Assembly (NCBI GenBank): GCA_027001995.1
Contig: JALTLO010000105.1
Location: forward strand, 1 to 53,564
Origin: Planctomycetota bacterium
GTDB taxonomy: Bacteria; Planctomycetota; GCA-002687715; DRQF01
DNA length: 53,564 nt
Direction of reading: 5' to 3'
Part shown: in pieces, positions 41,101 through 49,006 of the stretch
Position numbering within the stretch: position 1 is the stretch's first letter
Layout of the letters: each line of letters opens with the position of its first letter
Position numbers and translations under genes: made by a program
Notes under the pieces: generated by a model
What the model was told of the DNA's origin: nothing
The model's input: only the letters and a program-made list of their open reading frames with translations
The model's database searches: none

Positions 41101-41550
41101 AAACTTCATGGTCGCTTCTGGGGCCTCAGCGTAACGTAAAAGGGCTTGGCGATTCTCGATCATCTGGACTCGCTTGCTGTGGCCGTATCGCTCAATCCAG
41201 TTAGCCAACAAGGTGTCAACTTCCTTCCAGGCCTGGGCATGTTGTCGTTCTAAGCAATGGTAGAAGTAGTAGTCTCTTGTGCCTGGAATCAGTTCTTTCA
41301 ATGCCTCAGATCGGTTCTCTGCCAGAGCGAAGGTTTCATCGAATCCTGTAGAAGATTTTTGGCCTGAGCACCAAACTGAGAGAAGAAAAATCAGGAGGAA
41401 ACAGGAAAGGGGAATCTTGACTTCAATCATGGTGGGTCTCATGGGCCGTATTGTATGTCTTCCTAAGGTAGTCGGAGTTGCCGACAAAATACTCTTCAAG
41501 GACGCCCGAATTGGCTCAACGTTCAAGAAATTTGCGGAATCTTCGGTCAA
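35176..41550 (-). CDS. Giant (~2100 aa) exported hypothetical protein with macroglobulin-like features
   Basis: Long uninterrupted ORF; hydrophobic signal near residues 40-63 (true start probably 41442 or 41430); YYFYFPQVGTF, VYVKVFAK...FHKDGYTDLRGRFDY C-terminus. Confidence 0.8.
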   Translation of the reverse strand: MTEDSANFLNVEPIRASLKSILSATPTTLGRHTIRPMRPTMIEVKIPLSCFLLIFLLSVWCSGQKSSTGFDETFALAENRSEALKELIPGTRDYYFYHCLERQHAQAWKEVDTLLANWIERYGHSKRVQMIENRQALLRYAEAPEATMKFLQSRLSLHFGHQPERSAKEMKLPSRVDPIEFSREQWVKRAFDSSQQTLRGFTPAGVASLTGASLNDRLLARFLKRVTIPDVPNLTDLVIREMKLKTGHQFGTLSAHKALTLAQLEACSQEYPALLHDKKFVAHYVQLLKPRGDVNVDQDLQARREFLQALRNFSNRLSPSQNSLKAQILFQQLLLDQKQQQFNKDRFLTFIKLPIQDSYVNDDYLRKQGNSACLVDIQAGRFMGIPRITGNKELIRSYLEHFFVNEDSTLPYAPYLDKRFLNRTLAETKILAGIGDMERWYSLLDDPAYYEKLKNRVEVKLAPHNKDHWAPEESVSLDVDIKNVKTLLVKLYEINTANYYAEVGKEVDASITIDGLVATKELSFQYKESPLRRVRRTFDFPSLSEPGVWVIEFIGNGLSSRAIIAKGRLTYRERTSSAGQVFHVIDDKGQWLKEASILFGQKKFKADEDGEILLPFSTRPRMKPFVLLSGNRASLSRFYHQKEQYTLAAPAFLAQESLIGGSHARILIRPNLMINGNRASIDLLEETTLTITSTNHLGVESTLEIRDLALKDNQEYAHTITVPHKLTRLTVQLSGKIQNISQGKKVVVAGNRSEFRANLLDPTTKTASPLLTRTKNGYEIHVLGKNGEAIPDYVMDLQFSHRHFSSPYETRLKTDAHGIVFLGPLKGIYRVKTDAITTAGNTWQLQRHGQELRQRIHGTKNETIRLPYLGHDIEPSRSAFALYRLNDRNHVRDYFSHIALQNGFIELRGLDPGNYRFTFKEEWKSITIAISGGSRRDGWARQKNRELALTPPAPFHVSQAKISGDELMIQCRNAGTKARVHVFATRFLPSNQPFDRLRIPQEKGLKSNMIGGMLSSYSSGITISDEYRYILDRRFATKYPGNMLKRPELLLNPWSIDSANDSIGLGGGSGGQYGGRKPARRGRGRRRPGGIEIYENNPGLFPNYRFMPAPPLITTNLRPDASGKVLVNLEDLGDGHIIHILGTHGSETIYRQVIRETQDQTRLDHRLAKSFEKKRHVALQKSIAVIHKGETVRIRKSSENRVQQFQTIGDIYNSMRSLSGNQELSNFAFLTGWPDLKETEKQKLYSEHACHELNFFLSRKDPKFFQEIVSPYLSNKAVKTFMDDWLLKGDMIPYLSSDKFDRLNFFERILLLQRTQEGSSASSRYARDLLTRNGPNESRFPQFESALLETNSLAKELPKVGFAFEGEAKAPSRKARRRDAKKNKAETLDFSSEVEEPEENDEDVMLDDHKIRDERKQQYRFKKSQKLRHDKAAFYRQVSPTRRYVEHNYWHRTIHNTTANMIGINRFWSDFAAHDPSEPFVSVNFFETTDSVAEMILALSVLDLPFVPSKHKVVQTPAEAQMRAEAPLILVKREIDDLEPSLGHEPILANQSFFKVSDPTMEVDGQTRQKAITGEFLPGEAYGCRLVISNPTQVRQKLSVLVQIPSGSIPLKNTLVTTGEEFFLDGYRTRTFTYYFYFPQVGTFSLYPVQVASGNKLITSESAKTLKVVSTLSVSDKTSWDYVSQNGTTEDVLRFLKEGNVQKTDLLKIAWRLRDRTFWSTLISYLRSRFVFNSTLWSYGILHQDELATREYLSHQESFKSNCGSYLHSPLLSCDPTEMKLYQHLEFAPLVNGRSHRFGKTRRIQNKALANQFASFTKTLAFQPKLTDDNWLEVTYYLLLQDRIEEALQAAAKVDPRNIHAQIQYDYLRAYLDLYTPGTEIAAKIAARHLNHPIPRWRKKFEDLAHQLEEINNPDRALANRNAQSETATPVDQSPTLDLTIEGQNLTIRHTNMAECQISYYEMDIEFLFSVNPFVRNESGSFAFVRPNMKQVIHLEKGVNSTSQPLPKKYHNANLMIEVRGAGLVKRQTCFSNSLAVEMNERWGRLQVRDNKPGRPLSRVYVKVFAKDSSGQVRFHKDGYTDLRGRFDYASLSGPNGHGLKRFSVLILSDNHGAMIREVNAPTQ

Positions 41551-41628
41551 ACCCCGATGGCAGAGGTATTTCTGATGGACCGTCCCAGATCTGCTATCCT
41601 GGCCGCTGTGACAACGACTTTGGAGAGA

Positions 41629-41982
41629 ATGATGTCAGATTCGAAAGATGCCCTCAGTGGAGCCCTTTTTGTTGGGGCGCATGGCCATGTCTCATGCATT
41701 GACAAGGAAACCGGGACGGAGGTTTGGCGGACAAGCCTGCCCGGCAGTGGTTATCACTTTGTTAACGTACTCTTAGAAGATGGACGGGTCTATGCAGGCT
41801 CTGGAGGAAAGCTCTATTGCCTATGCGCCGATAACGGCGAGATCCTGTGGACGAATAAGATGAAGGGATTGGGATTCGGTATTTTTGGTTTTGCCACGGT
41901 GCAGAGTCCTCACGGCGGGGTTGGGCCGGAAGCGGCGAGCCAAGAAACGAGCAACCAGACAAGCAATGGGACGACTCACTAG
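41629..41982 (+). CDS. Small PQQ-binding-like beta-propeller repeat protein
   Basis: VSCIDKETGTEVW and LYCLCADNGEILW repeats; GGAGAG before ATG 41629/41632. Confidence 0.75.
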   Translation: MMSDSKDALSGALFVGAHGHVSCIDKETGTEVWRTSLPGSGYHFVNVLLEDGRVYAGSGGKLYCLCADNGEILWTNKMKGLGFGIFGFATVQSPHGGVGPEAASQETSNQTSNGTTH

Positions 41983-42080
41983 GTCGTGTTGATTGTTTTG
42001 GGCTCTTTCTTTTTTTGTTTTTCTGTGAACCTCCGATTTGTCCCTCCGTTTTGACCAATTTCAACATGGGATTCCCTTCA

Positions 42081-44261
42081 ATGCGCGTGCTGACTTTGAT
42101 CGTATTTGTTCTGTTTGCCACAACTCTGGGGCTTTCTGCTCAAGAGAACCGCGACAATCTTGATACCCTGGTAGAAGACCAGAAACCGGCCGACCAGCCT
42201 CAGGAAGAATCGGAAATCGATCAAGCCATCCAAGACCTGGAGGAAGTCATCATCATTGGCTCTCGGGTCGAAGAATCGGCTTTTGAGTATCCTGGGAGCG
42301 TGACCAAGCTCACTGGCTCTCTCTTGGACACCCAGAGGCTGCCATCGACGTTTCCCGACGTGTTTCGTCGGCTGCCTGGCATTGCGGTTCAGAAGACTGG
42401 GCCCGGGCTGGGATCTCCCTTTATTCGTGGATTCACTGGATTTCGCACTGTTTTGACCGTCGATGGCGTGCGGATTAATCACTCTGCTTTCCGGGACGGC
42501 CCCAACCAATATTGGGCGACAGTTGATGCCTTGGGTTTGGGGAGCGTCGAAGTTTTGAATGGGCCATCGGGAGTCCTCTACGGCAGTGATGCTGCTGGTG
42601 GTGTGGTGGCAGCGCGAACCGCCGAGGTCGATTTGGGAACAGAAGAAGGCGGGACGGAATTCTCCGGTCGGGCTTACTACCGCTTTAATAGTGCCGAAGC
42701 TTCCCATGTATCCCGTGGTACATTTGGCGTATCTGCCAACGGCAAGTTTGGCGCTCGGGTTGGCATGTCCTTCAAGTCCTTCGGGGAAACCAACGCCGGT
42801 GGCGATTTGGGGCGCCAAGAGGGGCTTTCCTACGATGCTTATTTCTTAGATGCCAAGTTTCGCTACGAGGTTTCAGATCAGCTCTCCATGGAGCTCTTGG
42901 TCCAAAGTGTCCATCTGAACAACGTGCCTCGAATTCACAGCACCCGGGATGGAGTCTCCTTTCAAGGAACGAATACGGGAAGTGATCGCCGCCGGGAGTT
43001 TGACCAAGATCGGGATTTGGTTTTGCTGACCGCTACGGTCTACGATGGATCATTCTTCGAAGAGGCTATCTTCAAGATCGGGTATCAATCCCAGAATGAA
43101 GTGCAAGATCGTATCCGCTCCAGCGGCCGCAAAGACCGGGCTGGATTTGATCTAGAAACCTTCTTTGTCACGGCTCAGTTTAATTCAGCGACGAGCATAG
43201 GACGTTTGGTCTATGGACTTGATCTCTATGTTGATTGGGTCGATAGCTTTTCAACGCGTTTCACTCCAGCAACGGGTGTGCAGACGTCAGCAGCTCAAGG
43301 CCCAGTGGGGGATGGCTCAACCTATCTGACTTTTGGGCTCTACGTCGAGGATACCATTGAGTTGAATGATTGGAGCCGCTTGGCCTTGGGTGTGCGCTAT
43401 ACTCATGTTTCCGCTCAGTCAGACACGGTTTTGGATCCGATCACAGGCAACACCTCCAATCTCGACGAGTCTTTTGATGCTGTGGTAGGAAGTGCCAAGT
43501 TCATCGCCGATGTGAGTGATGATACCCGAGCCTATTTGAGCGCTAACATGGGATTCCGCGCTCCTAATCTGAGCGACTTGACGCGTTTCGATTCGGCTCG
43601 TTCCAATGAAATCGAAGTGCCATCGACGGACTTAGACCCTGAGTTTTTCTTGGGTTTGGAGTTGGGTGCTAACTACCGGACAAATAACTTCCGCGCACAT
43701 GGGGCCTTGTTCTACACCTTCTTGTTCGACACGATTGTTCGTAGTCCAACGGGAGCAATGATCGGAGGCGATGTGGCTATCACGAAGTCCAATGTTGGCG
43801 ACGGTCACATCTTGGGCACAGAGTTGAGCCTGGCTTGGGACATCACCGATGAGTTTACCTTGAGCGGAAATTTCACTTGGCTCGATGGGCAAATCGACAC
43901 ATTCCCAACGTCTGCCCCTAATGTCGAAGCGGAAGTCCCGTCTCGTTTAGCACCTATCCAAGGACTTGTAGCTTTGGACTACAACCTCCGGGATTCAGGT
44001 TTTCATGCTCGAGCTGAGGTCGAGTTTGTGGACCGGGCAGATCGACTCAACACCCGAGACAAGGGCGATACCCAGCGGATACCTGCTAACGGAACCCCTG
44101 GATATGTCCTTTTCAACTTGCGATTCGACTACGCCTTCAATGACAAGAAGTCGGTTTTCTTGCACTTTGAAAACATTGCTGACAAGAACTATCGCATCCA
44201 TGGATCGGGTAGCCAGGAAGCTGGATTCTCCACGATTGTTGGCTTCGATTTGCGCTTCTAA
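42081..44261 (+). CDS. TonB-dependent outer-membrane receptor
   Basis: Signal peptide, EEVIIIGSR TonB-box region, plug SPFIRGF...VEVLNGPSGVLYGSDAAGGVV, GFRAPN, C-terminal Phe (FDLRF). Confidence 0.93.
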   Translation: MRVLTLIVFVLFATTLGLSAQENRDNLDTLVEDQKPADQPQEESEIDQAIQDLEEVIIIGSRVEESAFEYPGSVTKLTGSLLDTQRLPSTFPDVFRRLPGIAVQKTGPGLGSPFIRGFTGFRTVLTVDGVRINHSAFRDGPNQYWATVDALGLGSVEVLNGPSGVLYGSDAAGGVVAARTAEVDLGTEEGGTEFSGRAYYRFNSAEASHVSRGTFGVSANGKFGARVGMSFKSFGETNAGGDLGRQEGLSYDAYFLDAKFRYEVSDQLSMELLVQSVHLNNVPRIHSTRDGVSFQGTNTGSDRRREFDQDRDLVLLTATVYDGSFFEEAIFKIGYQSQNEVQDRIRSSGRKDRAGFDLETFFVTAQFNSATSIGRLVYGLDLYVDWVDSFSTRFTPATGVQTSAAQGPVGDGSTYLTFGLYVEDTIELNDWSRLALGVRYTHVSAQSDTVLDPITGNTSNLDESFDAVVGSAKFIADVSDDTRAYLSANMGFRAPNLSDLTRFDSARSNEIEVPSTDLDPEFFLGLELGANYRTNNFRAHGALFYTFLFDTIVRSPTGAMIGGDVAITKSNVGDGHILGTELSLAWDITDEFTLSGNFTWLDGQIDTFPTSAPNVEAEVPSRLAPIQGLVALDYNLRDSGFHARAEVEFVDRADRLNTRDKGDTQRIPANGTPGYVLFNLRFDYAFNDKKSVFLHFENIADKNYRIHGSGSQEAGFSTIVGFDLRF

Positions 44262-44283
44262 GTAAACAAACGCACTGCGAACT

Positions 44284-44329
44284 AGGACACGAGGGCAGAT
44301 GGACACATCACCCTCGTGTCTTTTCTTTT
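44284..44329 (+). terminator. Intrinsic terminator after the TonB-dependent receptor
   Basis: AGGACACGAGGG...CCCTCGTGTCTT then TTCTTTT. Confidence 0.8.
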
Positions 44330-44418
44330 GTGCAGAAATATGAGGCCATTGGTATTCCATGACTTCTGCTGCTTGGAGGGCAGAATTTTGCCGATAGAAT
44401 GGGCAGGATCTGCATCAA

Positions 44419-45168
44419 GTGAGCTTGGGAGGAATTACCGTGAGAGAAGAATTGGCTCCGGGGGAAGAAGCGGCCATTGCCAGGCGGCTTCTCCATACCG
44501 TTGATTGTGGTGTCTTATCGACCATGTCTGTGGAGATGGAGGGGTTTCCCTTCGGTTCCATTACCCCATTCGTCATGACTCACGACGGTCATGTGGTGGT
44601 TTTGGTGAGTGACATCGCCCAGCACACCAAAAACATGCAAGCGGATGAAAAAGTCTGTTTCACGGTGATGGACCAAGCTGGGGGAAATAAACAGGAGCAA
44701 GGGCGGGCCACTGTTGTGGGGCGGGCGAGATCAGTTCCCCAAAAGGAAGTGGCAGAAGCTCGCCAACGATACTTCGCCTTTTTTCCTGAAGCTCGGCATT
44801 ACAGCCAGGCTCACGACTTCACCTTCTTCCGAATTGAAGCTGAACGAATCCGCTACATCGGCGGATTTGGCAAGATCTTTTGGATCGAGAAAGAAGATTG
44901 GGGCTTAGGGACCCCCTCTTGGGTCGAAGACGAAGAGAAGAGCATTTTGCATATGAATGAAGATCATCGAGATGCTCTCAACGAAATTGCTCGGGTATTC
45001 GCGAACATGCAGGATGGCGAAGCCAAACTTGTCGCTGTCGATGGGGAAGGATGCCACCTCAAGACAAGCATGGGCATTCATTATGTTCCATTCGCGGCTC
45101 CGGCAATGGAGGAAAACTCTCTGCGGGAGGCTTTTGTTGCCCTCGCCAAGAGAGCTCGAACAAAGTAA
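44419..45168 (+). CDS. HugZ/HutZ-like pyridoxamine 5'-phosphate oxidase-fold protein with DUF2470 domain
   Basis: GVLSTMS, GFPFGS, SDIAQHTKN, HDF.FFR, RYIGGFGKIFW, HMNEDH. Confidence 0.88.
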   Translation: MSLGGITVREELAPGEEAAIARRLLHTVDCGVLSTMSVEMEGFPFGSITPFVMTHDGHVVVLVSDIAQHTKNMQADEKVCFTVMDQAGGNKQEQGRATVVGRARSVPQKEVAEARQRYFAFFPEARHYSQAHDFTFFRIEAERIRYIGGFGKIFWIEKEDWGLGTPSWVEDEEKSILHMNEDHRDALNEIARVFANMQDGEAKLVAVDGEGCHLKTSMGIHYVPFAAPAMEENSLREAFVALAKRARTK

Positions 45169-45222
45169 GAACCCTTCGGCCCTGCTAAAGAAATTATCAG
45201 CTTCTCTTGGGATAGGCTTGGC

Positions 45223-48200
45223 ATGCAATCGGACTCTGAAACCACGATAAACCCCGCGTCTTTCCATCTCATTTTGTGGGCCCGTGTGGCCACTGGTTTT
45301 TTTCTGTTGTCGGTGATGGACCTGATCGCTGGGTACTTGGTCCCAGGGCCGTCTCTGGAAGGAATCGGCGAAGTCTTTGCCATGGTGACTCTGGTCATGG
45401 GCCGAGGCGCATGTGTGGGGTTGGTGACTGGTTTCGCTTTTGTCTTCATCTTGGGGTTTGGTCGCCTCTTACATCGAGAAAGAGGAGAGGCGCTCCTGCT
45501 TTTTTTCTTGGGGCTGGGGATCTTTGTCTATCTCAATCAAGAGACCTTTTCTGGTGCCAAGATTCAGTCGCACCCCCGTCTTCATTTCTTCAAGCTGGCC
45601 CTCTACTTAGGCGGGACCCTCGGAATCATCTCGGCCCTATTCCTGGCTAAGCACGTTCATGATGTCTATAGGAAATCGGTTCGGCTTGGGCCCGTTTATG
45701 CCCTCATTGGTTTGGCAGTTGGCCAGGTCCTCTTGTGGCAGAACGTGGTGCGACTCCCTGGGCTCTATTGGATGCTCCACACCCAATTGACTCTCTTGGC
45801 TGCGGTGGTCATTACCTTGGGACCAGCAAGTTGGTTGATCGCAACTAAGAAGAGAGCCATTCCCGCTATTGCCCTGACTCTTCTTCTGACGGGAGGTGCC
45901 ATTTGGGTTCGGACGAAACCGGTCATGGTCCGCGTCGCTTCCGCAGCCTTTTCCCGGGGGGTGGCAGTCAGAGAATTCCAACCTCTGGTGACTTGGCTCT
46001 TGGATCGTGTGAGCAAGAAAGTAGATATGCGAACCGGAGGAGTTCCACACTTCGAAATCCCTCGCTCCAGCGCAGCGGACGAAGATCGGGCTCAATCTAT
46101 GTTTCATGGGTGGATGGGCTCGACAACACCCTACAACGTTCTTTATCTCGCAGTTGATACTCTTCGGGCTGATCATTGTGGATTCAATGGCTACCAGACC
46201 AATCCAACCACTCCCAATTTGGATTCCCTTGCAAAAGACGCTTTCGTGTTTTCCCGGGCCTATGCTCCCTATCCGACCAGTAATCTGTCCTACGCTTCTA
46301 TCCTGACGGGCCTTAGCCCTCGAGCGACGTCTACCTATGCTCGCATGAAACAAAAGTCTGATCGTAAGACTCATCCCCTGACATCAACCCCGGCTCTGTT
46401 GCGGTCCCTAGGTTATAAGACGATTGGGATCACCGCATTCAATCGGGCGACCTCACAAAATGACGATTGGTTTGGCTTGCTGCGGGATGGTTTTGAAGTT
46501 TACAACCCAGAACAAAAGGAAGAGCAACTCTCAGCGGATTTGGTGGTTGAATCTGTTAAGGGGCAACTCGCAATTCTGGCAGGAAAGCCATTTTTCATGT
46601 GGGCTCATTTTCTTGATCCCCACAATCCCTACAAGAAATGGCCTGGGTTCGATTTCGGCGAATCGAAACTTCAGCGTTATGATGGTGAGATCGGTTGGAC
46701 TGACAAGAATGTTGGTGACGTCATTCAGCGGCTCAAGGATCTTGATCTCTTCGACAAAACTATCATTGTCATGTTTTCCGACCATGGAGAAGAATTCAAT
46801 GAACATGGGGGGTGGTTTCACAATTCCAACGTCTACCAAGAACAAGTTCGCGTGCCTTTGATGATCCGTGTGCCTAAAGCCAAAGGGCGGGTGATTGATA
46901 CAGTGGTGAGCCTCACTGACCTTCACCCGACAATCACTCAACTCTTGGGCGTTTCCGATCCAGTGGAAAGGCTAGGGCACAGTCTTTTGCCAATCATGGC
47001 AGAGGTCGGAAAGAAGCAGCCGGGTATCGCTTACATTGATCACTTCTATTTGGTTAGCCGCAAAGACTTCGACAACAAAAAAGCCGTTGTCTTCGGCAAC
47101 AAGAAGCTCATTCATTATGTACAGCGAGAGTCTTACGAACTCTTTGACCTCAAGGAGGACCCCAAAGAAAGACGCAACTTGGTTGGACGGCGGGATGATC
47201 TCTTTTCAGAAATGCGAGGGTTGTTGGAGGCGTTTGACCGCGAAATTGACAGCTATCATTTAGGGGAGGGGGAAGAACCCGCTGACCCTCGGAAGGAATT
47301 TCGCCATCAAGTGGAATTGGGAGTGTCAGCCCTCTTGAACGGTGACGGCAAGGACAAGGGCCGGAGCTTCGCCAAGCTGAGCCAGCTTCTTTTTCTAGGC
47401 CTGGGGGAGTTGTCGCCGAAAGCCCAGAGATTCATGAGTGGCCAAGAGCGCTTCGCTTTGGCCAAGAGAATCTATGAGGGGGCTAGGGGGATCAAGTCAG
47501 AACGGCAAAGAGACTATGCGGTGAAGATCCTTGGGAAATTTAAGGATAGAGAGCTCATCGCGGAATTGGAATCCTTTTACCAGGACACGTCGTTTTCTGT
47601 GCGGTTGTCGTCTGCAAAGAGTTTAGGCCTCATGGGGGTGGATTCTGCGAAACCCTATCTGATTGTGGCTCTTCGTTCCGGATTCACAGACCCAACGATG
47701 CTCGCTCCTGCATTGACACGTTTGGGGGCTGTGGAGGCCGGGCATTGGGTGTTGCCAACATTGCTTTGCCCTAACATGAGTGTGGTGGGGGAGATGATCC
47801 TTCAGCTTCCTTTTCTGAAGTTCCCCAATTTGGGGTTTTATACCCGCAATCTCATCACCGAAGGCCGTTGGTCAAGTCGCTTGGTTCAGACGGCTCTGGC
47901 GCAATCCCTGGCGAAGATCGATGACGAGGACTTTCGTTGGCATCTTCGGCTCTTGGCTGAAAGCCCTGCAATGGCCGTTCGGCAGGCAGCTCGGGCAGCC
48001 TTGAAAGTCGGTGGCCTAAGCTTAGAAGATTTGGCCCAGTCGAAAGAAGCGGCGGTTCTGGAGCTGGATGGGGGGCTTGAGGTCAAGAATCGCGTCTTCC
48101 ACCAAGCTTTTCAGCATTGGCGCGCTTCCTTGGAGAAAAACTCCTACTTCAATCCTGGACTTCGATTTCGTCTCGCCCGCTATTTGCACTTGGAAGGCGA

Positions 48201-48699
48201 TCGGGATGGGGCGCGGCAAGTGCTCCTTCAGATCGAGAAGAATGCACCCCGAGATCTTGATCGCGATTTGGCCAAGAGACGTCTTCAGTTCTTGGAGTGG
48301 CCAGCGCGAATCATGGACCCCAAGAATTTTGGTCTTTCAGTCACGAAAATCGACATCCCCAAAACTATGCGGTTCAAGGTGCCAACTCTGATCAAAGTGA
48401 CTGTCAAGAATACCGGCCGCGTGGCGATCCAAGGAGGTTTCTGGCTTCATAGAGCCAACTTCTTGATGCGCTGGTCGGACAAAAATGGGGATCTACTGCC
48501 CCAGGAGATCGTTTGGGATAATTTTCTTCCTGACGCAGGCCTGCTGCCACAAGAGGAGCTGGAGATCCGAGTCATGATCATGCCTCCTCCGGCCCCACAG
48601 GCCCAGGCTCAGGCCACTCTCATCTTTGAGCAACCTTGGCTTCGGTTGGAAAACCCGCGCATTTACCTTCATTCTCAGGTTACTTCTTTCACCCGTTAG
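45223..48699 (+). CDS. Polytopic membrane sulfatase/alkaline-phosphatase-superfamily protein with HEAT/TPR repeats and C-terminal Ig-like domain
   Basis: Several N-terminal TMs; NVLYLAVDTLRADH, TPNLD, DPHNPY, YDGEI, SDHGEEF, VPLMI, LFDLKEDPKE; HEAT-like repeats; VTVKNTG Ig-like tail. Confidence 0.85.
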   Translation: MQSDSETTINPASFHLILWARVATGFFLLSVMDLIAGYLVPGPSLEGIGEVFAMVTLVMGRGACVGLVTGFAFVFILGFGRLLHRERGEALLLFFLGLGIFVYLNQETFSGAKIQSHPRLHFFKLALYLGGTLGIISALFLAKHVHDVYRKSVRLGPVYALIGLAVGQVLLWQNVVRLPGLYWMLHTQLTLLAAVVITLGPASWLIATKKRAIPAIALTLLLTGGAIWVRTKPVMVRVASAAFSRGVAVREFQPLVTWLLDRVSKKVDMRTGGVPHFEIPRSSAADEDRAQSMFHGWMGSTTPYNVLYLAVDTLRADHCGFNGYQTNPTTPNLDSLAKDAFVFSRAYAPYPTSNLSYASILTGLSPRATSTYARMKQKSDRKTHPLTSTPALLRSLGYKTIGITAFNRATSQNDDWFGLLRDGFEVYNPEQKEEQLSADLVVESVKGQLAILAGKPFFMWAHFLDPHNPYKKWPGFDFGESKLQRYDGEIGWTDKNVGDVIQRLKDLDLFDKTIIVMFSDHGEEFNEHGGWFHNSNVYQEQVRVPLMIRVPKAKGRVIDTVVSLTDLHPTITQLLGVSDPVERLGHSLLPIMAEVGKKQPGIAYIDHFYLVSRKDFDNKKAVVFGNKKLIHYVQRESYELFDLKEDPKERRNLVGRRDDLFSEMRGLLEAFDREIDSYHLGEGEEPADPRKEFRHQVELGVSALLNGDGKDKGRSFAKLSQLLFLGLGELSPKAQRFMSGQERFALAKRIYEGARGIKSERQRDYAVKILGKFKDRELIAELESFYQDTSFSVRLSSAKSLGLMGVDSAKPYLIVALRSGFTDPTMLAPALTRLGAVEAGHWVLPTLLCPNMSVVGEMILQLPFLKFPNLGFYTRNLITEGRWSSRLVQTALAQSLAKIDDEDFRWHLRLLAESPAMAVRQAARAALKVGGLSLEDLAQSKEAAVLELDGGLEVKNRVFHQAFQHWRASLEKNSYFNPGLRFRLARYLHLEGDRDGARQVLLQIEKNAPRDLDRDLAKRRLQFLEWPARIMDPKNFGLSVTKIDIPKTMRFKVPTLIKVTVKNTGRVAIQGGFWLHRANFLMRWSDKNGDLLPQEIVWDNFLPDAGLLPQEELEIRVMIMPPPAPQAQAQATLIFEQPWLRLENPRIYLHSQVTSFTR

Positions 48700-48766
48700 A
48701 CCTGCATTTCGACAAAATAATATTCTGTCCTTGAAGCTTGATCTAACTCCGTGCTATTCGTGCCTC

Positions 48767-48889
48767 ATGAACAGTCCGCGCAACATCATGTTTCAGTCTC
48801 AGTACGTTGTGCGCAACCGTTCTCGCTTAGCGTTTATCCTCGCGAAACACATGGTAGCCCTCTGGTGCGTGACGGAAGAGAATGGCTGA
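48767..48889 (+). CDS. Possible 40-aa leader peptide upstream of thrE
   Basis: Short ATG...TGA ORF whose stop lies in the 5' arm of a putative antiterminator; no obvious RBS or amino-acid run. Confidence 0.3.
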   Translation: MNSPRNIMFQSQYVVRNRSRLAFILAKHMVALWCVTEENG

Positions 48890-48915
48890 GCGATCGAAGA
48901 AGACGAAATCGAATC

Positions 48916-48950
48916 AGCCAATCTCAGCAAACCTGAGGTTGGCTTTTTTT
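48916..48950 (+). terminator. Intrinsic terminator/attenuator upstream of thrE
   Basis: AGCCAATCTCAG-CAAAC-CTGAGGTTGGCT followed by T6. Confidence 0.85.
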
Positions 48951-49006
48951 GTGCTTTCTTTGATTGGTCTCAATCGTTGAAGAACTCAAATTCTGGAGGA
49001 CGCGCC

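Noticed and set aside
42078..46374. 246-aa (42078-42818) and 245-aa (45637-46374) minus-strand ORFs, and similar short overlapping ORFs elsewhere
   Set aside because: Antisense to well-supported genes and lacking protein-family features.
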